DNA of 49,490 bases, from the NCBI GenBank assembly GCA_964399295.1, contig CAYNQD010000001.1, forward strand, positions 152,454 to 201,943. The letters are read 5' to 3'. This DNA comes from an uncultured Candidatus Saccharibacteria bacterium. Lineage in GTDB: Bacteria; Patescibacteriota; Minisyncoccia; Phycocordibacterales; UBA918. Made by a program: the position numbers and the translations under genes. The notes beneath the pieces are model-generated. The model ran no database searches. It was not told the DNA's origin and saw only the letters and a program-made list of their open reading frames with translations. Shown piece by piece: positions 16,675 to 24,634 of this stretch. Each line of letters begins with the position of its first letter. Positions within the stretch are counted from its first letter, which is position 1.

Positions 16675-17700
16675 ATGATTTCATTTAAACCAAAACAAAT
16701 AACAAAAGCGTTGCTCAGCGTTCTGCCGGAACGGGCTAATGATGTTCTTACCAAGCGTTATGGACTTGGACAAAGTGGGGAAACTTCCACTTTGGAGTCT
16801 ATTGGCCAATCATACGGCATTACCAGGGAAAGAGTGCGTCAAATAGAAAACTACGGTATTCAGTCGATTCAACGTTCAGAAGAGTATAAAAAGTACTACG
16901 ATTTGTTCTTGGAAATGCAAAGCTTAATTGACAAATTAGGCGGGGGCATTATTGCCGAACATGTCTTGCTTGATGAATTGACCGACGATTCCATCATCAG
17001 GAATCACCTTTACTTTTTGCTAGTGGTTGGCGATCCTTTCTACCGTGGTAAGGAAAATACTGACTATTCACATCGTTGGTTTACCGAGCGCAAGGTAGCG
17101 GATAATGTCGAGAAAGCTTTGAGAAATGTCCATTCCAGTCTGGAACGTGATGAATTGGTGAGCGAGCCGGAAATTCTTAGCCGTTTTCGGGATCAGCTTT
17201 TTGATTTTGTAAAACAAGACGACGAGGATGTCTTGCGTCGTTGGCTTTTGATTTCAAAACAAATCGGAAAGAATCCGCTGGGTGACTGGGGTTTGATCGA
17301 CAGTCCAAATGTGCGCGTCAAAGGCATTCGTGATTACGCGTATTTGGCTGTGAAGCGACATGGTTCGCCGATGCATTTTAAGGAAGTGGCCGGATCAATT
17401 GACAATCTTTTCAAGCACAAGGCTCACGTTGCCACCACCCACAATGAACTAATAAAAGATAAGCGTTTTGTGTTGGTTGGTCGCGGTCTGTATGCTTTGA
17501 CTGAATGGGGTTATACCGCTGGTGTGGTGAAGGATGTTTTGAGAGAAATTTTGGCTCAGGAGGGGCCGTTGTCAAGAGAGGAGCTTATAGACAAAGTAAG
17601 AAAGGAAAGGTATGTAAAAGACAATACGATAATTGTCAATCTCCAAGACGCCAATCTGTTTCGTCGTTTGTCAAACGGCGCTTACACTTTGGTTGAATAA
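16675..17700 (+). CDS. Sigma-70 region-4-like HTH plus HARE-HTH domain protein (sigma factor-like DNA-binding protein, no region 2)
   Basis: N-terminus: LPERANDVLTKRYGLG....TLESIGQSYGITRERVRQIENYGIQSI (region 4 pattern). C-terminus: GSPMHFKEVAGSI....HNELIKDKRFVLVGRGLYALTEWGY (HARE-HTH pattern, as in the RNAP delta subunit). Confidence 0.7.
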   Translation: MISFKPKQITKALLSVLPERANDVLTKRYGLGQSGETSTLESIGQSYGITRERVRQIENYGIQSIQRSEEYKKYYDLFLEMQSLIDKLGGGIIAEHVLLDELTDDSIIRNHLYFLLVVGDPFYRGKENTDYSHRWFTERKVADNVEKALRNVHSSLERDELVSEPEILSRFRDQLFDFVKQDDEDVLRRWLLISKQIGKNPLGDWGLIDSPNVRVKGIRDYAYLAVKRHGSPMHFKEVAGSIDNLFKHKAHVATTHNELIKDKRFVLVGRGLYALTEWGYTAGVVKDVLREILAQEGPLSREELIDKVRKERYVKDNTIIVNLQDANLFRRLSNGAYTLVE

Positions 17701-17714
17701 TTTTAAGCACATAA

Positions 17715-17762
17715 CTACATAAAAACACCCACCTAGTCATACCAGTGGGTGTTTTTATGTAG
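17715..17762 (+). terminator. 18-bp perfect stem, 12-nt loop
   Basis: ctacataaaaacacccac ... gtgggtgtttttatgtag. TACAAT (17763-17768) follows immediately. Confidence 0.55.
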
Positions 17763-17777
17763 TACAATGCAGGGGAC

Positions 17778-19112
17778 ATGGGTGATTTATTTAAAACTTT
17801 ATTCAGCGCGATATTGGGACCTTTGATGTTGTTCGTTGGGTTATTTGTAATGTACAAAACCTTTTCTTTTATCGGAGTGGAGTTTTCTCCGGTGGTGTCA
17901 ATTCTTTTGGCGCTGTCTCCGCTCTGGTTGCCAATCGCTCTTTTTTTTATAACGTACGAACGATGGATGAGTTATGTGCGTTTGAAATTTGCCTTAAATA
18001 ATGGACGCTCGACGCTTAGAATCCATCTGCCGCAGGAAGTTTTCAAATCGCCGGAAGCAATGGAAAGCGTAATGGCGCAAATACACAATCCCAACGGACC
18101 GGATAATTTGATGCAGTCTTATTTGGATGGAAAGTCACCTTTGATTTTTAGTTTTGAGCTGGTGTCAATCGGAGGAGAAGTGCGATTTTACGTTAATGTT
18201 CCCACCAAGAAAGTTAAAAATGCTATTGAAGCTCAGCTGTATGCTCAATATCCGGGTGTTGAAGTTACGGAAGAGCAATTTGATTACACCGATGAAATTG
18301 CCTGGAATCCGGATAAATATGATCTGATGTCATTTCATATTACCAAAAAGGAAGATGAAGTTTTTCCGATTAAAACTTATATAGATTTTGGTTTGGATAA
18401 AATGCCAAAAGAAGAAGAAAAATTTGAACCCATGGCGGCCATGATTGAACAGCTGGGAAAAGCGAAGCCACACGAGAGAATTTGGATACAAATTCTGGCC
18501 ATACCACACGGTAAAAAGAATTTTAAGTCCGGGTACTTGTACCCATCGGGAACTTGGGAAAAGAAAGTAGAAGATAAAGTTAACGAAATTTTGAAACGCG
18601 ACACTAGGGTGGTTGTGGATCCGGAAGTAAATGAAAAACAACCTATGCTGACGACAGGCGAGAGAGACCGCATCGCCGCCATGGAAAGAAATGTTGGTAA
18701 GTATGCCTACGAAACCGCCATTCGCTGGATGTACATAACCGAAAAAGATAAGTTTGATGGAGATATAATCGGCCCAGTGATTCGTACTTTTGCTCAATAC
18801 GATATTTTAAACAGAAACGGCTTGGGGGTAAGGTGGCGCACTGATTTTGATTATAATTTTATTTCTGATTTTTCCGGTAAGAAAAAAGAAAGGTTAAAGA
18901 GAGAAGAGTTGCAGGAGTACAAATTAAGAGCCTATACTGTCCGTGACAAAAAAAATAAAGTCGATAGCATGAAAGTGATGTCAGTTGAGGAGTTGGCCAC
19001 TTTTTATCATATTCCCGGGAGTTCCGTTGTTACGCCGTCTTTGCCGCGCATTATGTCTACGCGCAAGGAAGCTCCGAGCAATTTACCAACCGGAATTGAT
19101 ATTGGTATTTAA
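17778..19112 (+). CDS. Conserved-looking hypothetical membrane protein (444 aa), 2-3 N-terminal TMs plus a large soluble domain
   Basis: TMs in residues ~8-60. The soluble part has the pattern RIHLPQEVFKSPEAMESVMAQIH....FSFELVSIGGEVRFYVNVPTKKVKNAIEAQLYAQYPGVEV. I cannot assign a family with confidence. Confidence 0.7.
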   Translation: MGDLFKTLFSAILGPLMLFVGLFVMYKTFSFIGVEFSPVVSILLALSPLWLPIALFFITYERWMSYVRLKFALNNGRSTLRIHLPQEVFKSPEAMESVMAQIHNPNGPDNLMQSYLDGKSPLIFSFELVSIGGEVRFYVNVPTKKVKNAIEAQLYAQYPGVEVTEEQFDYTDEIAWNPDKYDLMSFHITKKEDEVFPIKTYIDFGLDKMPKEEEKFEPMAAMIEQLGKAKPHERIWIQILAIPHGKKNFKSGYLYPSGTWEKKVEDKVNEILKRDTRVVVDPEVNEKQPMLTTGERDRIAAMERNVGKYAYETAIRWMYITEKDKFDGDIIGPVIRTFAQYDILNRNGLGVRWRTDFDYNFISDFSGKKKERLKREELQEYKLRAYTVRDKKNKVDSMKVMSVEELATFYHIPGSSVVTPSLPRIMSTRKEAPSNLPTGIDIGI

Positions 19113-19124
19113 AATCACTAAACT

Positions 19125-20138
19125 ATGCTTGAAGAAGAAAAGTTGATGGCTGATATTATTGAACAGAAAAATGAGGTCAACAAGACTAGAAAGTGGTTTT
19201 TTATTTTGCTAGCTTCTTTTTTTACTCTCTCTGTTTTTGGTTGGTGTTTGTTTAATTATCTAAAAGCTGCGCCGGCTGATTTTCCGGTGGATGAGGTTGT
19301 TGCCGTGCCGGCTGGTTCTACCGTGCAGGATATCGCCAAATTGATGAAAGCTAATAATTTTATAAAATCAGAATTATTCTTCTTTGCTTATTTTAAATTT
19401 TTTCAGGAACCAGTCTCTCTGAAAGCCAGTGATTATTCTTTCACTAAGCCCTTAAAAGTAGATGAACTGATTGCTGTTTTGGCGGTGGGCGATTACAGTA
19501 TGGACTTGATAAAATTTACTCACATTGAGGGAGAGAGAGTGGAAAGCGTGGCCAAAGCGGCGAGTGCGGTTTTGCCTGATTTTGATGAAAATAAATTCCT
19601 AGACATGGCCAAGTCCCACGAAGGAAAATTATTTCCGGAAACATATTTCATACCGTCAAATTTCAGCGAGGAACAATTGCTAGAATTATTACTAAAAACT
19701 TTTCAGGAAAAAACAGAGTCTTATGAAGAACAAATTTCAGCGCATGATTTGAGCTTGGACGAAATTATAATTTTGGCTTCAATTCTGGAAAGGGAAGCCA
19801 ACACCAAAGAAAGCAAGCAGATGGTGGCGGGGATTTTGGATAATCGTCTGAGTATCGGCATGCCACTACAGGTGGACGCGTCAATCGAATACGTGCTCGA
19901 CAAACCTTTGTCAGAACTCACGCCTGAAGACCTGAAAATTGAATCACCTTATAATACTTATCTAAATACCGGTTTGCCGCCAACTCCGATTGGTAATCCC
20001 GGCTTGGAAGCGATTGAGGCCATTATTTCTCCAACCGTAAGCGATTATTTATTTTATATAACAGGTAATGACGGCAATTTTTATTATGCCAAAAATTTTG
20101 ACGAGCACCGCTTAAATATCGCCAGGTATTTGCGTTAG
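19125..20138 (+). CDS. mltG: Endolytic murein transglycosylase MltG/YceG family, copy 2
   Basis: 337 aa with an N-terminal TM, ILASILEREA, and SPYNTYLNTGLPPTPIGNPGLEAIEAIISP. It starts 12 nt after the preceding gene. Confidence 0.88.
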   Translation: MLEEEKLMADIIEQKNEVNKTRKWFFILLASFFTLSVFGWCLFNYLKAAPADFPVDEVVAVPAGSTVQDIAKLMKANNFIKSELFFFAYFKFFQEPVSLKASDYSFTKPLKVDELIAVLAVGDYSMDLIKFTHIEGERVESVAKAASAVLPDFDENKFLDMAKSHEGKLFPETYFIPSNFSEEQLLELLLKTFQEKTESYEEQISAHDLSLDEIIILASILEREANTKESKQMVAGILDNRLSIGMPLQVDASIEYVLDKPLSELTPEDLKIESPYNTYLNTGLPPTPIGNPGLEAIEAIISPTVSDYLFYITGNDGNFYYAKNFDEHRLNIARYLR

Positions 20139-20170
20139 TCAAGTTCTGTGTTAGTTTGTGCTTAATTTTT

Positions 20171-21235
20171 ATGAGTGAAAAACCAAAAGTATTTGTGGGC
20201 ATGTCAGGCGGGGTAGATTCTTCCGTGGCGGCCTTACGTCTTAAAAATCAAGGCTACAACGTGGTGGGGGTTTTTATCAAAGTGTGGCATCCGGATTTTT
20301 TGGTTTGTAATTGGGAGCAGGAAAGATTGGATGCCATGCGCGTGGCGGCCTATCTTGATATTCCTTTTCTCACTTGTGACGCTGAAAAAGAATATAGAGA
20401 TGACGTGGCCAAATATTTTATTTCCGAATACCAAGCCGGTCGAACTCCAAATCCGGACGTAATGTGCAACCGGTACGTAAAATTCGGCGCTTTTTTAAAT
20501 TTTGCCAAAGCTCATAAGGCTGATTTTATCGCTACCGGACATTACGCGCAGAGAATTGAAAAAGACGGCAAATTGTCTTTGCACAGAGGTGTCGATACCA
20601 ACAAAGACCAGACTTATTTTTTGTGGTCACTAACGGCTAAACAATTAAAATATACTTTGTTGCCAATAGGTGATACCGAAAAAGAACACATCAGACAAGA
20701 AGCTTTGGAAGCCGGCTTACCAACGGCGGAAAAAAAGGATAGTCAAGGCGTTTGTTTTCTTGGACATATTGATATTCCTGAATTTATTTCACATTTTACC
20801 ACCTTAGAAGCGGGGGATGTTTTGGATGAAGAAGGCAAGGTGATTGGCCGGCATCAAGGGGCGATTGTTTATACTTTGGGTCAAAGGCATGGTTTTGTAG
20901 TCAACACCAAAAATCAAAATCGGGAAGTCTATTATGTTAGCGGCAAGGATATAAAACGAAATACGATCACTGTTTCCGCACGCCGGCCGGAATTAAATAC
21001 CAATGCTGAGTTGACCTTAAGAGATTTTATCTTGAGGGAGACTTTGTCTGTTGGTGATGAAGTTTTGGTGCAGACTCGCTATAGACAAACGCCTTTTTCC
21101 GTGAAAATCCAAGCTCTTTCCGAGAAAGAAATCGTTTTGGCTGTCATGGGGACAAAAACCGAAGCTGCGGCCGGCGGCCAATCTTGTGTATTATACAGGG
21201 GTTCGCTTTGCCTTGGAGGTGGTATCATAGCCTAA
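20171..21235 (+). CDS. mnmA: tRNA-specific 2-thiouridylase MnmA
   Basis: PP-loop VGMSGGVDSSVAA, NPDVMCN, and DSQGVCFLG. Confidence 0.93.
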   Translation: MSEKPKVFVGMSGGVDSSVAALRLKNQGYNVVGVFIKVWHPDFLVCNWEQERLDAMRVAAYLDIPFLTCDAEKEYRDDVAKYFISEYQAGRTPNPDVMCNRYVKFGAFLNFAKAHKADFIATGHYAQRIEKDGKLSLHRGVDTNKDQTYFLWSLTAKQLKYTLLPIGDTEKEHIRQEALEAGLPTAEKKDSQGVCFLGHIDIPEFISHFTTLEAGDVLDEEGKVIGRHQGAIVYTLGQRHGFVVNTKNQNREVYYVSGKDIKRNTITVSARRPELNTNAELTLRDFILRETLSVGDEVLVQTRYRQTPFSVKIQALSEKEIVLAVMGTKTEAAAGGQSCVLYRGSLCLGGGIIA

Positions 21236-22074
21236 TGCATGTTCAGATAATAAAGGCCGATGGTTCTGTTGAGTATTTTAAAGTTGAAAAACTGCGCCGG
21301 TCGCTCAGACGAGCCGGCGCCACGCCGGAAGAAATAAATTCCATCGTTGCTCAGATTAGCGAAGAAGTGTACGACGGAATAAAGACTCAGGAAATCTATC
21401 GTCGGGCCTTCAGTTTTTTAAAGGGGAGCAAATTTTCCGTGGCGGCAAGGTATTCGCTCAGGCGAGCTTTGTTTAATTTGGGCCCGACCGGTTTTCCGTT
21501 TGAAAAATTTTTAGGAAGATTGTTTACTCTGGATGGATACAAAACCCGAACCGGAATCACTGTCCAAGGCCACTGCGCCCCTCACGAGATTGACATCGCA
21601 GCTTATCATGGTACGCATAGTTTTGTCGGCGAAGCTAAGTTTCACTCCAGACCTGGCGTAAAGACTGATTTGCAGGTGGCGATGTATTCATATGCTCGTC
21701 TGCTCGATATGAAAGGCTCTAGCATTTGTGAAGATAGTATTTGCGGGATAGAAGAATTTTGGCTGATAACCAACACCAAATTCACCACCACGGCCGAAAA
21801 ATATGGCGAATGTGTGGGATTAAAAATGCTGAGTTGGGATTATCCACGGCGAGACAATCTCCATGACAGAATTCAACGCGCCGGCATTTACCCAATAACA
21901 GTTTTGCAGGATTTGTCAGTTAGCCAGATTTCCACTTTGATCGAGTATGACATCATCATTTGCAGTGATTTGGTGGAAAATCCGTCTGTTTTGAGGCATT
22001 TGCACTTAACTGAAAAAAAACGTGAAGCTTTGATACAGGAAGCTAAGGATGTTTGCAATTCTCGGAATAAATAA
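21235..22074 (+). CDS. ATP-cone domain fused to a PD-(D/E)xK (Mrr-like restriction endonuclease fold) domain
   Basis: MHVQIIKADGSVEYFKVEKLRRSLRRAG...EIYRRAF matches the ATP-cone pattern. HEIDIAAY...FVGEAKFH matches the D...ExK nuclease motif. The start overlaps the mnmA stop (TAATG). Confidence 0.75.
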   Translation: MHVQIIKADGSVEYFKVEKLRRSLRRAGATPEEINSIVAQISEEVYDGIKTQEIYRRAFSFLKGSKFSVAARYSLRRALFNLGPTGFPFEKFLGRLFTLDGYKTRTGITVQGHCAPHEIDIAAYHGTHSFVGEAKFHSRPGVKTDLQVAMYSYARLLDMKGSSICEDSICGIEEFWLITNTKFTTTAEKYGECVGLKMLSWDYPRRDNLHDRIQRAGIYPITVLQDLSVSQISTLIEYDIIICSDLVENPSVLRHLHLTEKKREALIQEAKDVCNSRNK

Positions 22075-22119
22075 GCGTTCATAATTTATTTGTTGTCAAG
22101 ATAGGCTATTTTGGCGTTG

Positions 22120-22128
22120 TGGTATAAT
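22120..22128 (+). promoter_or_regulatory. Extended -10 promoter element TGGTATAAT
   Basis: TGG plus TATAAT (22123-22128), 36 nt upstream of ATG 22165. Confidence 0.45.
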
Positions 22129-22164
22129 GAACGCATTAATATTTTCAGAAAATCATAAAGAAAT

Positions 22165-22740
22165 ATGGCAGAAGAAAAGCAAGAAGGTCAGAAGACGGTG
22201 GTATCTTTTATTGTAGGTTTGCTTATTGGTGGGCTTTTGGTGTGGGCTTTTTCAGGTCCGTCTACCGACGCTCCAACTACTAAAAAGGAAAATAATAGCA
22301 AAGAAAAGGTAGAAGAAAAGAATAGTGAAACTGAAGAAGAAAACGAGGAGTCTTCAGACGTAAATGAGGATAGAGAGACTTCAGCTCCAGCTCCGGTAGT
22401 AACTGCTCCTGTACCAACACTTGCGGTGGGTGACGGAAAGGTTGTTGTCAACAATCAAGCCGCTAGTAGCAACATCAAGCTAGACAGCGCTACTTATCCT
22501 GTAAAGGAAGGCTGGATTGGAGTTCGTGATTATCAGGGTGGCCAATTGGGAAGTATTCTTGGCGTGGTGCGCTTTAGTGAAGAACAAGGCTTGGTTCCAA
22601 GTGAGATTGTCTTGCAACGCTCTACCGTAGCCGGTCGTGAATATGCCGTAATGATTTGGGAAGAAAGCGGCGATCGAGCGTTCAACTCAGCTGACGACAA
22701 GCAGCTCGACACTGTTTTTGCCACCTTCACTGCTCAGTAG
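22165..22740 (+). CDS. Hypothetical membrane-anchored protein with acidic low-complexity linker and beta-rich C-terminal domain
   Basis: 191 aa with one TM (VVSFIVGLLIGGLLVWAF), an E/K/S-rich linker and a ~100-aa C-terminal domain. Confidence 0.65.
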   Translation: MAEEKQEGQKTVVSFIVGLLIGGLLVWAFSGPSTDAPTTKKENNSKEKVEEKNSETEEENEESSDVNEDRETSAPAPVVTAPVPTLAVGDGKVVVNNQAASSNIKLDSATYPVKEGWIGVRDYQGGQLGSILGVVRFSEEQGLVPSEIVLQRSTVAGREYAVMIWEESGDRAFNSADDKQLDTVFATFTAQ

Positions 22741-22758
22741 TTTCAGTTTATTACCTAA

Positions 22759-22801
22759 AATTAAAGTGGCCAAAATCCAAAGGATTTTGGCCACTTTAAT
22801 T
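22759..22801 (+). terminator. 20-bp perfect stem, AAA loop
   Basis: aattaaagtggccaaaatcc-aaa-ggattttggccactttaatt. Confidence 0.6.
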
Positions 22802-22937
22802 AAACTGATTGTCGCCTTAGTAAAACTCTCAATAGGGGGTTTTACTATGTCGTGAGATTAAAGGTGTTGATGATGAGAATGTGGGCGCGTTCATAGTATT
22901 CAACCCAACAACAAAAGATGATACAATGGTGGCAGTT

Positions 22938-23732
22938 ATGGCGGAATTTAAAAAACAGTACAATCCCAATCGCAGCGCGGATTGGAATTATGGTGGTAAA
23001 AATTGGAAGTTGTCGCGATCGAAGATTGAGTTGTTTACGGAATGCCCGCGCTGTTTTTACCTCGACAACAAACTGGGAACTGCCAGACCAAGAGGCCCGG
23101 CTTTTACCATAAATATAGCCATAGACGAGCTTTTTAAGAAAGAATTTGATTCTTATCGCAAAGCAGGCAAGCCCCATCCTTTGATGGTAGAAAATGGCTT
23201 GGAGGCCGTTCCTTTTACGCACGAAAAAATGGATGAGTGGCGGGATAATTTTAGTGGCGTTGTTTTTGCTGATAAAAAAACCGGTTTTACTGTTTCTGGG
23301 GCGATTGATGATATTTGGGTGAAGCCTGGTGGGGAATTGATTGTGGTTGATTATAAAGCTACCGCCAAGGAAGAGAAAATTGAATCCTTGAGTAATAGCG
23401 GCTGGGAAATGTCATATAAAAGGCAGATGGGAGTTTATCAATGGCTGTTTAGAAAAAACGGTTTTGAGGTGGATAAAAAAGGGTATTTTGTCTACGCCAA
23501 TGCTCGCAAGGATCAGGCCGAGAGTTTTGATGATACTTTGTTTTTTGAGACCACTTTAGTGCCTTGCGAGGGGGAAACGGATTGGATTGACGAAGCTTTA
23601 ATAAAAATTAAGGAAACTTTGGATTCAGGAGCTATTCCGCCAAGTGGTACTGCTTGTGAATTTTGTCCGTACCGTGAAGCTTGTGGCAAAAAATTGCAAG
23701 CAATACATTATGCCAAAAAAGACAAAAAATGA
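22938..23732 (+). CDS. PD-(D/E)XK nuclease, Cas4/RecB-like with 4-Cys cluster signature
   Basis: N-terminal CPRC, GAIDDIW...LIVVDYKA, QMGVYQWL (QxxxY), and C-terminal CEFCPYREAC (Cx2Cx5C). ATG 22926 lies inside a TACAAT box (22922-22927) with TTCAAC 17 nt upstream, so I prefer ATG 22938. Confidence 0.75.
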   Translation: MAEFKKQYNPNRSADWNYGGKNWKLSRSKIELFTECPRCFYLDNKLGTARPRGPAFTINIAIDELFKKEFDSYRKAGKPHPLMVENGLEAVPFTHEKMDEWRDNFSGVVFADKKTGFTVSGAIDDIWVKPGGELIVVDYKATAKEEKIESLSNSGWEMSYKRQMGVYQWLFRKNGFEVDKKGYFVYANARKDQAESFDDTLFFETTLVPCEGETDWIDEALIKIKETLDSGAIPPSGTACEFCPYREACGKKLQAIHYAKKDKK

Positions 23733-23988
23733 TGATACCTTCCGCGCGCGGGTAGAAAATGTCGTTAGAGCTATTCCGGCTGGAGAAACCAAGAGCTATA
23801 AAGAGGTGGCGATTTTGGCTGATTGTCCGAGAGGAGCGCGCGCCGTGGCTAGGATTATGGCCAATAATTACGATTTGACCGTGCCTTGTCACCGAGTAAT
23901 AAGAAGTGACGGCGGCTTGGGTGGGTATAATCGTGGTGGGGTGATGGTGAAGCGGGCAATATTGGAAAAGGAGGGGTGGAAAGGGTAA
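23710..23988 (+). CDS. MGMT-family DNA-binding domain protein (O6-alkylguanine transferase C-terminal domain only, PCHRV present)
   Basis: 92 aa. ...SYKEVAILADCPRGARAVARIM..N...VPCHRVIRSDGGLGGY. It overlaps the upstream gene by 23 nt. Confidence 0.8.
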   Translation: MPKKTKNDDTFRARVENVVRAIPAGETKSYKEVAILADCPRGARAVARIMANNYDLTVPCHRVIRSDGGLGGYNRGGVMVKRAILEKEGWKG

Positions 23989-24031
23989 AACATATTTCCC
24001 AATATCAATTTGGATGTTACACTACTGACAT

Positions 24032-24634
24032 ATGTATTCATATCGCGTTGAACAGGCGATTCGGGCGGCTTCAGTCTTGCATAAAGACCAATTACGAAAA
24101 GGTATTATGCCTTTCCCGTACATCACACACTTGGTCGCGGTCGCTTTTACTTTGTTTGATTACACTCACGACGAAGATGTAATTATCGCCGCTCTGTTGC
24201 ATGATACTCTTGAAGATACCGATTATACCGTTGATGAATTGCAAGAAGATTTTGGCGGCCGGGTTAGGGAAATTGTCGAAGCCGTCACCGAGCCAAAAAC
24301 CGACGGCGACCGCAAGCTCTCCTGGCTGGAGAGAAAAATGGCGTATGTCAAGCAATTGAAAAAAGCTCCTCCTGAAGCTTTACTGGTGTCGGCCGCTGAT
24401 AAAATTCACAATTTTCGTACTGTCGTTGAGAATTATACCGAAGACTACAATAGATACGTTCAAGATTTTGGCAAAAACTTTGATGAACGATTGGAAGTTT
24501 ATCAAGACCTTAGTGATGTCATAAACAAAGGTTTGGATAGTCCGATTGTTGATGAATTTAATCACGTTTTTGAAGAGCATAAGCAATTTTTATACAGAAT
24601 AAAAGAGATTGAAGATAATAGTTATGGTACCTAA
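24032..24634 (+). CDS. HD-domain phosphohydrolase, RelA/SpoT-hydrolase-like (small alarmone hydrolase type)
   Basis: YITHLVAVA... AALLHDTLEDTDYTVDELQEDFGGRVREIVEAVTE matches the HD_4/(p)ppGpp hydrolase pattern. Confidence 0.75.
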   Translation: MYSYRVEQAIRAASVLHKDQLRKGIMPFPYITHLVAVAFTLFDYTHDEDVIIAALLHDTLEDTDYTVDELQEDFGGRVREIVEAVTEPKTDGDRKLSWLERKMAYVKQLKKAPPEALLVSAADKIHNFRTVVENYTEDYNRYVQDFGKNFDERLEVYQDLSDVINKGLDSPIVDEFNHVFEEHKQFLYRIKEIEDNSYGT

